Of a DNA stretch of 64,000 bases, positions 35,704 to 45,985 are shown piece by piece. Each line of letters opens with the position of its first letter. Within the stretch, counting starts at the first letter, position 1. The translations under genes were made by a program, and so were the position numbers. The DNA is taken from positions 25,128 to 89,127 of IMG/VR virus record IMGVR_UViG_3300017917_002401; one strand, given 5' to 3'. This DNA is from a virus. The notes below the pieces were generated by a model, which worked only from the letters and a program-made list of their open reading frames with translations, had not been told where the DNA came from and made no database searches.

Positions 35704-37518
35704 ATGGCAAGTGATATCCGAGTAAAAAGAAGTTCAGTTCCTGGTAAAGTTCCTACTAATGGTAATCTTGAACTAGGTGAACTGGCAATTAATACCTATG
35801 ACGGTAAATTGTTCTTTAAGAAAACTGACGGTGTAACAGAAAATATTGTTACACTACAGGAAGGTGGCGGTAGTAGTGGTACAGGCACAGGAGCCTTACA
35901 AAATCGTTATACTTATACCGCCACTAATGGCCAAACAACCTTTGCCGCTAGCTATACAAGTCCTTATATTGATGTTAGACTAAATGGTGTTTCACTAACA
36001 GATGGTGAAGATTTTACAGCTTCCAATGGTACTTCTGTAGTTTTAACTGTACCAGCTATTACAGGCGATGTTATTACCATTGTTGGATATAATAGCTTCT
36101 TGGCTTTGGGCGGTATGCCAACAGGAGGTACTCCTGGTCAAGTTCTATCTAAAGTTAGTGGTACTGATTATAATACTACCTGGATAGATAATTTTGCCAC
36201 AGATATTCGTGTACTAGTAAAAAACAGTACTGGAGGTACACTAACCAAAGGCATGGCTGTTTATATCAGCGGCGCTAATGGTACTAATATCTTGGTTAGT
36301 AAAGCGCAAGCCAACACTGAATCCACCTCTAGTAAAACTTTTGGTTTGCTACTACAAGATTTAGCTGCCAATGAAATTGGTTATGTAGTTTGCGAAGGTA
36401 TTATAAGTGGAATAGATACTTCTGCCGCTACTGTTGGCGATGCCGTATGGTTATCAGCTAGTACAGCAGGCGGACTAGTGTTTGGTGTAAGTAATATACC
36501 TTCCGCACCAAACCACATGGTATATATTGGTGTAGTTTCACGTGTAAATGCTAACAACGGTAGTATCCAGGTAAAAATACAAAATGGTTACGAGCTGGAT
36601 GAGCTGCACAATGTACTGTTAACAAATAAAGTAGATAAAGATTTATTAGTATACGAGGCCTCTACAGGTATTTGGAAAAACCAATCTGCTTCCTCAATTA
36701 CATTAACAAGCTCACAAGTTACCACTGCACTAGGCTTTACACCTTATAACTCTACAAATCCAAGTGGATATATTACCAGTTCTGCTTTAACTGGTTATTT
36801 AACTTCTAGTACGGCCGCAAGTACTTACCAAGCTATTCTAGTAAGTGGTACTAATATCAAAACTGTAAATGGTAATAGTATTCTTGGTAGCGGCAATATT
36901 CAAATTGATGGTGGTGTTACCAGCTTTAATACTCGTACAGGTGCTATTACTTTAGGTTCCAATGATGTTACCACTGCCTTAGGTTTTACACCTTATAACT
37001 CTACAAATCCAAGTGGATATATTACCAGTTCAGCTTTAACCGGTTATTTAACTTCTAGTACGGCCGCAAGTACATATCAAGCTATTCTAGTAAGTGGTAC
37101 TAATATCAAAACTGTAAATGGTAATAGTATTCTTGGTAGTGGCAATATTGAAATCAGTGGCGGTGGTGGTGGCAGTGGTCCTACTCCTTATACGGCAACT
37201 ACTACAGACGGCACCGCCACAGCATTAGCCACTATTACAACTAGTGACAATACAGCTTATTTCTTAACCGTAAAAATTATTGCTAAACGTACTGATAGTT
37301 CTGGTGATTATGGTGCTTGGGTTCTTCGTGGAGTTGCAGCTACTACTTCTGGTAGTCCTGTTGATATTGGTAATTTATACGAAGAAGTTATTGTAAAAAC
37401 TGATCCCAACCTTTATGTGGAAGTCTTGTCGTCTAGTAGCGGTATTCAAGTAATGGTAACTGGTGTCGCGGCTAAAACTTTTAACTGGAAAGCTACAGTT
37501 GAAACAATTTCAGTATAA
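35704..37518 (+). CDS. Tail fibre-like protein
   Basis: IRVKRS...GELAINTYDGKLF; GGTPGQVLSK; tandem 83-aa repeat. Confidence 0.75.
   Translation: MASDIRVKRSSVPGKVPTNGNLELGELAINTYDGKLFFKKTDGVTENIVTLQEGGGSSGTGTGALQNRYTYTATNGQTTFAASYTSPYIDVRLNGVSLTDGEDFTASNGTSVVLTVPAITGDVITIVGYNSFLALGGMPTGGTPGQVLSKVSGTDYNTTWIDNFATDIRVLVKNSTGGTLTKGMAVYISGANGTNILVSKAQANTESTSSKTFGLLLQDLAANEIGYVVCEGIISGIDTSAATVGDAVWLSASTAGGLVFGVSNIPSAPNHMVYIGVVSRVNANNGSIQVKIQNGYELDELHNVLLTNKVDKDLLVYEASTGIWKNQSASSITLTSSQVTTALGFTPYNSTNPSGYITSSALTGYLTSSTAASTYQAILVSGTNIKTVNGNSILGSGNIQIDGGVTSFNTRTGAITLGSNDVTTALGFTPYNSTNPSGYITSSALTGYLTSSTAASTYQAILVSGTNIKTVNGNSILGSGNIEISGGGGGSGPTPYTATTTDGTATALATITTSDNTAYFLTVKIIAKRTDSSGDYGAWVLRGVAATTSGSPVDIGNLYEEVIVKTDPNLYVEVLSSSSGIQVMVTGVAAKTFNWKATVETISV
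36718..37150. repeat. 249-bp-period tandem repeat within the fibre gene
   Basis: TTALGFTPYNSTNPSGYITSSALTGYLTSSTAASTYQAILVSGTNIKTVNGNSILGSGNI twice, nearly identical DNA. Confidence 0.9.
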
Positions 37519-37528
37519 GGATTAAACT

Positions 37529-37996
37529 ATGGCAAGAACAAGATCAATTTTAATAGATAATACCATAGGCCGAATTTTTTCAGCAGTAGACAAAAGTACC
37601 AATGCTACTGCTAAAAGTTTAATTGCTGGTGCTGTTCAGCAAAATAGGATATTAAGTCAAGGGCCTTCGGCAGTGGTAATTGCTGCAGTTAATCTAGGCA
37701 AAGGAGTATCACTAGGTCCAGCGGGTGCTGTTGTAAATAGCATTGTAACAAAATTGGGATCGGCAGCTAAAGCTGCATCCGTATTAATTACCGTAAAAAC
37801 CGGTACCGCTTATGCAACAGCTACAACAGTAACAACAATAACTATTCCTGCAAATACGCTAACTGTTACATATAGTACTAGTTTTAGTGTAGTTGCAAAT
37901 GGTTATATTTATTTAGACGTTGCCTATTCAGGAGCGCCTACAACTAAAGCTGTAGGTTTATCTACCACCATTAACTATTTCCAGAATGCATCATGA
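37529..37996 (+). CDS. Hypothetical virion protein
   Basis: AAGGA RBS; Ala/Thr-rich; within the fibre cluster. Confidence 0.65.
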   Translation: MARTRSILIDNTIGRIFSAVDKSTNATAKSLIAGAVQQNRILSQGPSAVVIAAVNLGKGVSLGPAGAVVNSIVTKLGSAAKAASVLITVKTGTAYATATTVTTITIPANTLTVTYSTSFSVVANGYIYLDVAYSGAPTTKAVGLSTTINYFQNAS

Positions 37997-38202
37997 CAGA
38001 ACAAGAAATAAAAGATTATTTTGGTTTAGCCATTATCTATAAATGGGACGGAAACTTGGAGTCCTTGCAGCAAGCTCAAGAAGCCGCACATATCAGCTAT
38101 AACGTAATTCGTACTGGTGGTGTAGTATATTTTTCTTGCGTAACAGCACCTGTAGATAGTCGTGCTACTCTATGGTTCGATAATACTCAGGGAGCTGTTT
38201 AA
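37993..38202 (+). CDS. Hypothetical protein
   Basis: Overlapping start/stop with both neighbours. Confidence 0.65.
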   Translation: MTEQEIKDYFGLAIIYKWDGNLESLQQAQEAAHISYNVIRTGGVVYFSCVTAPVDSRATLWFDNTQGAV

Positions 38203-39236
38203 TGTATGCAAGATTAGTAGTACAATCAACAAATACCACAAGTACACTTACTAGCTGTATCCGCGACATATGCCGTCTGGTTACCTCCGCTTCACCGAGC
38301 ACGGCTAATATCGGCTCGTATGGTTACGACGCAGCATCTTCAGTTGTACTAGACGCTACTCCAGCAGGCTGGACCTATGTTGGTGGTACTAGCGCATCTG
38401 ATAGACCCTCAATTGCAGCAGGTACTACACAAACGGCATTTTCATCAAGTACGGTATTTACTATGGCGATTAAAGCTCCCATGGCCGATTATCCTACTCG
38501 TTGGAAATACGCTGCACTTACTCAAACCAGTACAGCTTCTTCTGGAGGCTATAACTATACAGGTGCATTACTTGGGTGTGTTAGTGCCACTAGTGCCGCC
38601 GCACTAACTTCTCCTAGTGTATACGAACAATCAGGTACAGGTTCTACAGATTTGTTAACCTACTCTTGCCCAGCATTTACAGCCGGAGCAGTTCACCATC
38701 TTATTGCTACTCCTCGCGGTATAGTAATCGTACAAGAAGGTGCAGGTTTCTGCGGTGTTGTGGAAATGACTACTAGCGATGTTAATAATTTCTACGGAAC
38801 AGCTGCTTTTGCGGCATTCTGGAATCCTGCAGGCGGAACTAGTTCTACTACGCTAACTGGGCCTAATGCACTTGGTAATGTATTTGGTGTACAAACTTTT
38901 GACGTAACTGACCCAAATAATGCTACTTACTACGGCGTTTATGATAGCACTGTAGGCGGCACAACTAACGGCTCAAATGCTTATCAAAACACTGCTGTAC
39001 GTGCAATGACACAGGATGCTAGTGGCATGCCTCAGTACATGGTTTCGCCAGTGTATATCCACAATCATTTAATCGGTCACCCAGTTCAATATGTAACAGG
39101 CGTATTTCCTATGTATTGGTGTAAATCTTCCCTGGGATCTACTGGGGATACAGTATTAATAGGTACTGATGAATATACATACTTCCACTGTGGAGCAAAC
39201 ACAGCTGGATATGGTCTGTTAATGAAAACAAACTAA
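38202..39236 (+). CDS. Hypothetical virion protein, paralog A
   Basis: MYARL...CIRDI.RL...DATPAGWTYVG...YWCK..LG.TGDTV. Confidence 0.75.
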   Translation: MYARLVVQSTNTTSTLTSCIRDICRLVTSASPSTANIGSYGYDAASSVVLDATPAGWTYVGGTSASDRPSIAAGTTQTAFSSSTVFTMAIKAPMADYPTRWKYAALTQTSTASSGGYNYTGALLGCVSATSAAALTSPSVYEQSGTGSTDLLTYSCPAFTAGAVHHLIATPRGIVIVQEGAGFCGVVEMTTSDVNNFYGTAAFAAFWNPAGGTSSTTLTGPNALGNVFGVQTFDVTDPNNATYYGVYDSTVGGTTNGSNAYQNTAVRAMTQDASGMPQYMVSPVYIHNHLIGHPVQYVTGVFPMYWCKSSLGSTGDTVLIGTDEYTYFHCGANTAGYGLLMKTN

Positions 39237-39247
39237 GGAGGCTAATA

Positions 39248-40315
39248 ATGTACGCAAGACTTACTTTATCTGCCGCCGCAAATCCCTTACAGTGTATACG
39301 CGACATTGGTCGACTAATCACGTCAGCAAATCCAAGTATTAGTGATCTTTCAGGTCAGGGATATAGTACATCACTATCACTAATAGTAGATGCTACTCCA
39401 GCAGGCTGGACCTATGTGGGCAGTAATAAAACCAGTGATCAACCTACTATTGGTGATGGTAGTGCTGATGCTACTTGGACTGCTGGACAAACAACATTCT
39501 ATAATTGGGCGTTTAGTGCGCCTTGTGCAGATTCTACAAAACCACTAAAGTACGCACTATTTACACACAATATGACGACTTCAACAGCGTCAACAATGAA
39601 CTATTTTAGTTTAAGTGGTGCTCAAAGCGTAACTTCACTGGGTGTTACAACAAACGAAGGTTACAGAAGCTATACTTCTACAGCTACAACAGCTAACTTT
39701 CAGAATCCAAATATATCGTCTGCAGCTGCAACTACCATACACGTACTTGCTACTCCCAGGTATATTACTATTATTCAAGAAGCTCGTGGCATGGTAGGTA
39801 TCTGGGAAACCACTTCTACACCAATTCATGATCGCTTGAATATTGCACCATTTGTGCAGTATCAAAACATGCAGGCGTCTAACAAGACAACAGCAGCACC
39901 TTCAACCGTAATATTAAGTGTGGCTATACCTAGTACTACGAGTACCGTAGCCAATGTTACCGGAACAGTATTTAACATTACTGACGTTAATACCAGTACT
40001 TATTATGGTACTGCTGATGTTAGCGGCGGAGGTACGCTAAACTGGATGAATTTATTCCAGTATAAAACCAATGCTCGCGCAAATACTATTGATAGTGCAG
40101 GAAATCCACGATACCAAGTATCTCCAGTATTTTTTCAAATGTCAAAATTAGGTTATCCAGTACAGTTTGTAACAGGAATTGTTCCTATCTACTGGTGTAA
40201 AGCTGGATTAGGTAATACGGGTGATACTGTTAATATAGGTGGAGAAACATATTACTATTTCCACACTGGAGCCTACGGTACTGCTACCTATGGCGTTCTA
40301 ATGAAAATAAGTTAA
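39248..40315 (+). CDS. Hypothetical virion protein, paralog B
   Basis: Colinear paralog of 38202-39236; AAGGAGG RBS. Confidence 0.75.
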   Translation: MYARLTLSAAANPLQCIRDIGRLITSANPSISDLSGQGYSTSLSLIVDATPAGWTYVGSNKTSDQPTIGDGSADATWTAGQTTFYNWAFSAPCADSTKPLKYALFTHNMTTSTASTMNYFSLSGAQSVTSLGVTTNEGYRSYTSTATTANFQNPNISSAAATTIHVLATPRYITIIQEARGMVGIWETTSTPIHDRLNIAPFVQYQNMQASNKTTAAPSTVILSVAIPSTTSTVANVTGTVFNITDVNTSTYYGTADVSGGGTLNWMNLFQYKTNARANTIDSAGNPRYQVSPVFFQMSKLGYPVQFVTGIVPIYWCKAGLGNTGDTVNIGGETYYYFHTGAYGTATYGVLMKIS

Positions 40316-40322
40316 GGATATT

Positions 40323-40493
40323 ATGGCAGCTTTAACATATACTGTTGTAGCTATTGATGTTACACGTTGGGGCACGTTAACAGCTATTAAGGCTAATTTA
40401 GAAGTTAATGCTTTTAAACAAATAGCTACAGCAATTGATCCATTACTTGATAATAGCCTTATCAATCCTGCTAACGCTTATACAGTTACCTAA
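40323..40493 (+). CDS. Small hypothetical protein (56 aa)
   Basis: Hand-translated MAALTYTVVAIDVTRWG...; AAGGA RBS; fills the gap. Confidence 0.6.
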   Translation: MAALTYTVVAIDVTRWGTLTAIKANLEVNAFKQIATAIDPLLDNSLINPANAYTVT

Positions 40494-40508
40494 TATGAAA
40501 GGTTAATA

Positions 40509-40841
40509 ATGGCCGCAACTTTTACTATAAAAATTAATAAAATCAGTACTGCTACAATAGGTCAACTAACTGGCGTTATTCGCGCTGTTGATTTCACTGT
40601 GATTGGTACAGACTCTGGTCAGACATTTGAGTTACCACAAAATATTGTCTTAAAAGAACCAGAACAAGAAACTTTCATTCAATTAGCTAATTTAACAGAA
40701 GCAGATGTAGTTTCCTTTGTTGAAGCAAGTTATGATAATATGGATGGTTTAAAAACACATATTCAAATTGTGTTAAATCGTGAAATTGAAAAGGCTGGTT
40801 TAACGGATACTCCGTTACCTTGGAATCCTGTAGTGGAGTAA
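40509..40841 (+). CDS. Fibre-associated small protein
   Basis: FIQLANLTEADVVSF...LPW pattern; adjacent to a fibre gene. Confidence 0.65.
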   Translation: MAATFTIKINKISTATIGQLTGVIRAVDFTVIGTDSGQTFELPQNIVLKEPEQETFIQLANLTEADVVSFVEASYDNMDGLKTHIQIVLNREIEKAGLTDTPLPWNPVVE

Positions 40842-40844
40842 TTT

Positions 40845-42677
40845 ATGTCAAAGGCAAACACATTAGCACAATTAGTAAGTACCGGCAATGTGCTAGCCGA
40901 TGGGGCGGTAGCCACTTCTGAAGTAACTGGATTAGCAACTTTATTAGCCGATTACTTAACTTCTAGTACGGCCGCAAGTACTTACCAAACTACTCTAGTA
41001 AGTGGTACTAATATCAAAACTGTAAATGGTAATAGTATTCTTGGTAGTGGTAATATTCAAATTGATGGTGGTGTTACCAGCTTTAATACTCGTACAGGTG
41101 CTATTACTTTAGATTCCAATGATGTTACCACTGCCCTAGGTTTTACACCTTATAACTCTACAAATCCAAGTGGATATATTACCAGTTCAGATCTAAGTGG
41201 TTACTTAACTTCTAGTACTGCTGCTAGTACATATCTGCCATTAGCTGGTGGTACACTAACCGGTACAATCTACAATCAAGCTGCATATAGCGCACCAAGT
41301 AGTACTGCAAGTTACGGCTCAAAGGTATTAATCCAAGGCTCTACTGGTGTTGGTCAAGCCAACGCAACAGGCGGTAATGGCCATATTGAAGTTCTTGGTG
41401 GCGGTGCAACTTCTATTTGGACGTCTTTTGTTGGCGGTGTGAACGTTCGCAAGCGCGGAGGTATTCTTCTACTAAGTGGACTTGCACAAGGAGATAGTGG
41501 AGGCACATGGTCCTTTGGTTCTACGATCGAAATTCGTGCTAATAGTGGTACTAATAATGGTACTAATGTTGGTAATGGAGGGCTTGTTTCAATAGGGGCA
41601 GGTAACACAACAACCACTGACTCCTTGATCCAATATGGTTCAGGAATGATATTGTCCGGGGCATCAGCTGGTACTTCGGGTGGTCTTAGTATTAGTGCTG
41701 GGGCTTTCCAAACTTCTCAAGGTATTAATACTGGAGCCAATATAAGTATTGGTGGCTCAACCTCAACCATGGGTGGAAATATTAATCTTACCCCTGGAGG
41801 CGGAGGAATAGCAGGTGCTACAGCAGGCAAAGTATTTATTGCTCGCAGTGCTTTGTTATATGAGGCATTAGATACTGGAAACTACAGTAGTTATGCACCA
41901 ACCCTAACAGGTACAGGAGCTAGTGGCACGTGGGGTATTAGCGTTAGTGGAAATGCAGCTACAGTAACGAATGGTTTAACAACATCGAACTACACTAGCT
42001 ACGCTCCCTCATTAACAGGTAGCGGAGCATCTGGTACTTGGGGTATAAGTATTACCGGAACAGCTAGTTATTCCAATTATCAGGCAGCAACAGGTACAAG
42101 CAATGATTGGGTAACTTCTTTCCAAAATACCCCAGCACATAATACATCTTTCCGTGAAATGTCCGCAAATGGACCTAGCGGAACTTGGTGGTTTATGCAA
42201 AACCTAAGACACAGTAATGGCACTAATTACTGGGGTACACAACTTGCTTGGGGATGGGAAGATAATGCTAACAGATTATTAACTAGAAACATTACTGGTA
42301 ACTCTTGGGGTAGCTGGGTTGAGTATGTTAATAACACAAATTTTAACCGTGTTATTAATCGAGGTACCTGGAGTCGCGAAACAAGCGGCGGCACTATGGT
42401 TTCTGGTAATACGTATTCTGTATATACTGGCGGCGGTGCTTTAACAATGTACTTACCTTCTCGTGCAAATTGCGCAAACGGCGATAAAATTTATATTCAG
42501 AACTTACACTTAACATGGGCAGCAGCTAACTTCACAATTGCTAGATCCGATAGTAATACTTATATTAACTATATAGCTGAAAACTTAGTGTGTAACGTAA
42601 ACGTAGCGAGCATAGTTCTTACTTGTCATTGGAATGATGGTACTAATGCTTTCTGGGGTGTGGCTCCTGGTGGCTAA
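40845..42677 (+). CDS. Tail fibre / receptor-binding-like protein
   Basis: YLPLAGGTLTG; Gly-rich beta repeats; APxLTGxGASGTWGIS twice; R..TGNSWGSWVE. Confidence 0.8.
   Translation: MSKANTLAQLVSTGNVLADGAVATSEVTGLATLLADYLTSSTAASTYQTTLVSGTNIKTVNGNSILGSGNIQIDGGVTSFNTRTGAITLDSNDVTTALGFTPYNSTNPSGYITSSDLSGYLTSSTAASTYLPLAGGTLTGTIYNQAAYSAPSSTASYGSKVLIQGSTGVGQANATGGNGHIEVLGGGATSIWTSFVGGVNVRKRGGILLLSGLAQGDSGGTWSFGSTIEIRANSGTNNGTNVGNGGLVSIGAGNTTTTDSLIQYGSGMILSGASAGTSGGLSISAGAFQTSQGINTGANISIGGSTSTMGGNINLTPGGGGIAGATAGKVFIARSALLYEALDTGNYSSYAPTLTGTGASGTWGISVSGNAATVTNGLTTSNYTSYAPSLTGSGASGTWGISITGTASYSNYQAATGTSNDWVTSFQNTPAHNTSFREMSANGPSGTWWFMQNLRHSNGTNYWGTQLAWGWEDNANRLLTRNITGNSWGSWVEYVNNTNFNRVINRGTWSRETSGGTMVSGNTYSVYTGGGALTMYLPSRANCANGDKIYIQNLHLTWAAANFTIARSDSNTYINYIAENLVCNVNVASIVLTCHWNDGTNAFWGVAPGG
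40953..41233. repeat. Third copy of the fibre repeat from 36.8-37.08 kb
   Basis: Near-identical DNA: TTAACTTCTAGTACGGCCGCAAGTACTTACCAA...GGATATATTACCAGTTCAG. Confidence 0.9.
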
Positions 42678-42696
42678 TTAAATTAAAGGTTTTTAG

Positions 42697-43389
42697 ATGA
42701 GTACTCTTTCTCAATTCGTTCCATTCGTCTCAGGCGGCGGAGGTATAAAGACGTATACACAGTCTGGTGTATATACAAGCACTCAAAGCATATCTATACC
42801 CTCTGGAACCACTCTGCTTGGTGCTTTACTTATTGGCGGAGGCGGTGCAGGCGGTTATGGTCGCGACGGCGGTACTGGTGCTACCGGCGGATTCGGTGGT
42901 GCACAAATATTTCTGATTCCTGTACTTGGTGAAACCACGATGACCCTAACTATAGGGGCAGGCGGAACAGTTACAGCAGGAACAGGAAATGCTGGAGGTA
43001 CCACTATACTGACCCTAGGTTCCGGACTTGTAGCCGCTAAAGTTGGTGGTGGTGGCGGTGGCGGTGATGGTAATAACTGGGACCAACCCCCTACAACTGG
43101 TGGTACTGGCTTTTATGGCGGAGCAGGCGGTGGCGGTGGCAGATCATATCAAGGTTATGCTGGTAGTGGTTCATCGGGTGCGCCTTGGGGTAATGGCACA
43201 CTATTTTGGTCATTAAATGGTCAAAGCTATTCGCCACCCAATAGTGTATTCGGCCAAGGTAGTGGGGCGGGATCGGGTACATATTGGGGTATTAATTTAG
43301 CCTCATACGGTTATGGTGGTGGTGGTGGCTCTTATGGTTATGGAGCCGGTGGTGGGGCTGGTGCAGCTTCGTTTAGATACTATTCTTAA
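42697..43389 (+). CDS. Glycine-rich fibre-associated protein
   Basis: LIGGGGAGG...GGFGG...TIGAGG. Confidence 0.75.
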   Translation: MSTLSQFVPFVSGGGGIKTYTQSGVYTSTQSISIPSGTTLLGALLIGGGGAGGYGRDGGTGATGGFGGAQIFLIPVLGETTMTLTIGAGGTVTAGTGNAGGTTILTLGSGLVAAKVGGGGGGGDGNNWDQPPTTGGTGFYGGAGGGGGRSYQGYAGSGSSGAPWGNGTLFWSLNGQSYSPPNSVFGQGSGAGSGTYWGINLASYGYGGGGGSYGYGAGGGAGAASFRYYS

Positions 43390-43406
43390 TCAGTAAGGAA
43401 ATTATA

Positions 43407-43919
43407 ATGCAATTTGCACTAATTAACAATAGTGTTGTTGAAAATGTTATCGAAGTTGACGACGAGAAAGTAGTTGAAAACTTCAAAGACGCGTGGCAGT
43501 ATGTAATAGATATTACCTCGACAATCCCTTCTCCCGGCATCGGGTGGAGGTATGAGGATTCTACTTTTATACAGCCCGAAGATCCAGATAAATGGATACT
43601 ATCTGTAAATAATCTACACAAAAGATTTCCAATTACATCTAATGGTATAAGTACAAAATATGATTTAGCAACATTATTTTTAACTGATATTGATTATGCT
43701 AACTCATTAGTAGTTAACGGAGCAGATTTATATAGTATTAAATTACTACTTCTTTCTGCAGCTAAACTTATTTCTGGATATGAAAATATTAACCTGAAAT
43801 CTAATATTCTTTCTGATTATCTGAACATATTTAGTAATGCGTCTTTACCAGAGGCTTTTAGATTAACACAATTAGAAGTAGATTATATTAAAAATACTCC
43901 GGCAAAACAAACAGGATAA
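43407..43919 (+). CDS. Fibre assembly-like hypothetical protein
   Basis: FALINNSVVENVI...PGIGWRY..TF. Confidence 0.65.
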   Translation: MQFALINNSVVENVIEVDDEKVVENFKDAWQYVIDITSTIPSPGIGWRYEDSTFIQPEDPDKWILSVNNLHKRFPITSNGISTKYDLATLFLTDIDYANSLVVNGADLYSIKLLLLSAAKLISGYENINLKSNILSDYLNIFSNASLPEAFRLTQLEVDYIKNTPAKQTG

Positions 43920-43922
43920 TCA

Positions 43923-44345
43923 ATGTTCTGGCTAATAAACCATTTACCTAGTATGCTATTTTATGGCATATTTTTCCTTGGTTTCTCCTTAACTTGTATA
44001 GCACTACTACTACCCAAAATCGCATACACTCGCCAGCTAAAGCTGGCAGGCGTATGCATACTGTTTGTAGGTGTATACCTAAGCGGCTACGCTTTCTGCA
44101 ATGATACGTGGAAAGCAAAAGCTGCTGCACTAGAGGCACGAGCAGCAGCGGTAGAGTCGGAAGCAAAAACTGCTAACACAGTTATACAAGAAAAGCTGGT
44201 AACCAAAATACAAGTTGTTCGTGAACGCGGTCGTGATGTTGTAGAGTATGTAGATCGCGAAGTAGTAAAGTACAACGACCGTTGCGATATACCGCGTGAA
44301 GTAGTTAGCGCACACAATCAAGCAGCTGGAGGTACTAAAAAGTGA
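43923..44345 (+). CDS. Inner-membrane spanin (Rz-like)
   Basis: N-terminal TMs, coiled coil, C-terminal C.IP...HN.AA; overlaps a lipoprotein gene. Confidence 0.75.
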   Translation: MFWLINHLPSMLFYGIFFLGFSLTCIALLLPKIAYTRQLKLAGVCILFVGVYLSGYAFCNDTWKAKAAALEARAAAVESEAKTANTVIQEKLVTKIQVVRERGRDVVEYVDREVVKYNDRCDIPREVVSAHNQAAGGTKK

Positions 44346-44611
44346 AAGCACTATTAGCGATAATGGCCCTAGGGTTATTATCTGCATGTTCCACAACCGT
44401 ACCTGTTACTGTACGATTTCCAGAAGTTCCACCAGAACTATCTGAACCATGCCCCAGTGACTTAAAACCAGTTCCAGAAGGCGTAAGCCTATCGGACTTA
44501 ACCAAAACTGTGGCAGAAAATTATACCACTTACCACGAGTGTGCTGAAAAAGCCGCTGGTTGGATAGAGTGGTACGAAACCCAACGTTCTATTTACGGTA
44601 AGTTCAAATAA
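44342..44611 (+). CDS. Outer-membrane spanin (Rz1-like lipoprotein)
   Basis: Lipobox LSAC; Pro-rich; NY..YHEC. Confidence 0.8.
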   Translation: MKALLAIMALGLLSACSTTVPVTVRFPEVPPELSEPCPSDLKPVPEGVSLSDLTKTVAENYTTYHECAEKAAGWIEWYETQRSIYGKFK

Positions 44612-44612
44612 A

Positions 44613-45350
44613 ATGAAAAACTTATTGATAGTATTAGCCGCAACTTTATCTTTAGCTGGTTGCGCAACTAATCAAGAATACCTAGCCTATAGCGAAGTAC
44701 AAAAAGCTTTTGCAGCTGCTGAAACAGCCCGATTTAAAGCTCTTAGTGAAATTGCTAAACAAGGCGATACAACAGCTAAAGTTGCAGCTACTATGGCCCT
44801 ACAACAAGCCGGCGGTGGTGTACAACAACATCAAGTTGCGGCACCAAAATCAACCGCAGAAGTAGCATTGCAATGGACAAGTTTACTGCTACCTAACCTA
44901 ACACAATTCTATTCGATCAATAGAAACACAGCGGTTGCAATGCGTCAAAGCGACAATGCAACTCAATTAGGTATGCGTCAAAGCGACAACGCTTATTTAC
45001 AAGCTGCTTCAACAAACACAGCTTTTACAACAATGTCACGAGCAGGGTATGCAGCTGCTAGCGACATAGCTAACAGTGGGTTTACAGCAGCAAATCTTAT
45101 TGCTGGTAAAATTCAAGCACCACAACCAAATGTTACCATTACCACTGGTAGTGGAAGTGCTGTTAATGCCGCCAACACTGGTTGGAGCAGCAGTTCTAAC
45201 ACTTACCAACCACTTAATGGAACTGGTGTAATAGGCACTGGCTCTTATACTTTTACAGATAGTAGGAATTTAAGTACAACATCAACAAGTACTACTACAC
45301 TTACTCAGCCACCTATTATACTAGGTAACTGCTCAATCGAACCTTGTTAA
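44613..45350 (+). CDS. Lipoprotein of unknown function
   Basis: Lipobox LAGC; internal MRQSDNA duplication. Confidence 0.7.
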   Translation: MKNLLIVLAATLSLAGCATNQEYLAYSEVQKAFAAAETARFKALSEIAKQGDTTAKVAATMALQQAGGGVQQHQVAAPKSTAEVALQWTSLLLPNLTQFYSINRNTAVAMRQSDNATQLGMRQSDNAYLQAASTNTAFTTMSRAGYAAASDIANSGFTAANLIAGKIQAPQPNVTITTGSGSAVNAANTGWSSSSNTYQPLNGTGVIGTGSYTFTDSRNLSTTSTSTTTLTQPPIILGNCSIEPC

Positions 45351-45360
45351 GGAATAGTCT

Positions 45361-45984
45361 ATGGAATTAACTTTACAGCAATTACGCGAATTGATACCTA
45401 AAAACCCTTATGTAACCTATTGGCATAATGCCCTGCAACAGTTACTTCCAGACTATGGGATTGATACGCCGCAACGAATTGCGGCGTTTATTGCACAATG
45501 TTCTCACGAGTCAGCGGGATTTACTGCACTAAAAGAAAATTTAAATTATCGTGCAGCTACACTTCGTAAAATTTTTCCTAAATACTTTCCCACTGATGAA
45601 ATAGCGCAACAATATGCCTCCAAGTTGAATAAACAAGAAGCTATTGCCAACCGAGTATATGCTAATCGCATGGGCAATGGAGACGAGGCTAGTGGTGATG
45701 GTTATCGATACTGTGGTCGCGGATTAATTCAACTAACTGGTAAAGATAATTATAGTTGGTTTGCCGCTAGTTTAGAAATTGGTGTAGAAGATGCAAGCGA
45801 ATACTTAGAGACTTTTGAAGGTGCTGCTCAAAGCGCCTGTTGGTTTTGGGAAACAAATGGGTTAAATCGTTGGGCTGATGCTGGCGATATTTTAAATTTA
45901 ACTAAACGAATTAATGGCGGTACAATTGGATTAGCCGATAGAGAAAAGCATTATCAACATGCTCTACACGTTTTAGGAGTGTGA
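45361..45984 (+). CDS. Endolysin, glycoside hydrolase family 19
   Basis: AAFIAQCSHES, ENLNY, GRGLIQLTGKDNY, TKRINGG. Confidence 0.92.
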   Translation: MELTLQQLRELIPKNPYVTYWHNALQQLLPDYGIDTPQRIAAFIAQCSHESAGFTALKENLNYRAATLRKIFPKYFPTDEIAQQYASKLNKQEAIANRVYANRMGNGDEASGDGYRYCGRGLIQLTGKDNYSWFAASLEIGVEDASEYLETFEGAAQSACWFWETNGLNRWADAGDILNLTKRINGGTIGLADREKHYQHALHVLGV

Positions 45985-45985
45985 T

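Noticed and set aside
36718-41233. Diversity-generating retroelement TR/VR pair
   Set aside because: No reverse transcriptase; differences are mostly synonymous and not adenine-specific; all copies are mid-gene and coding
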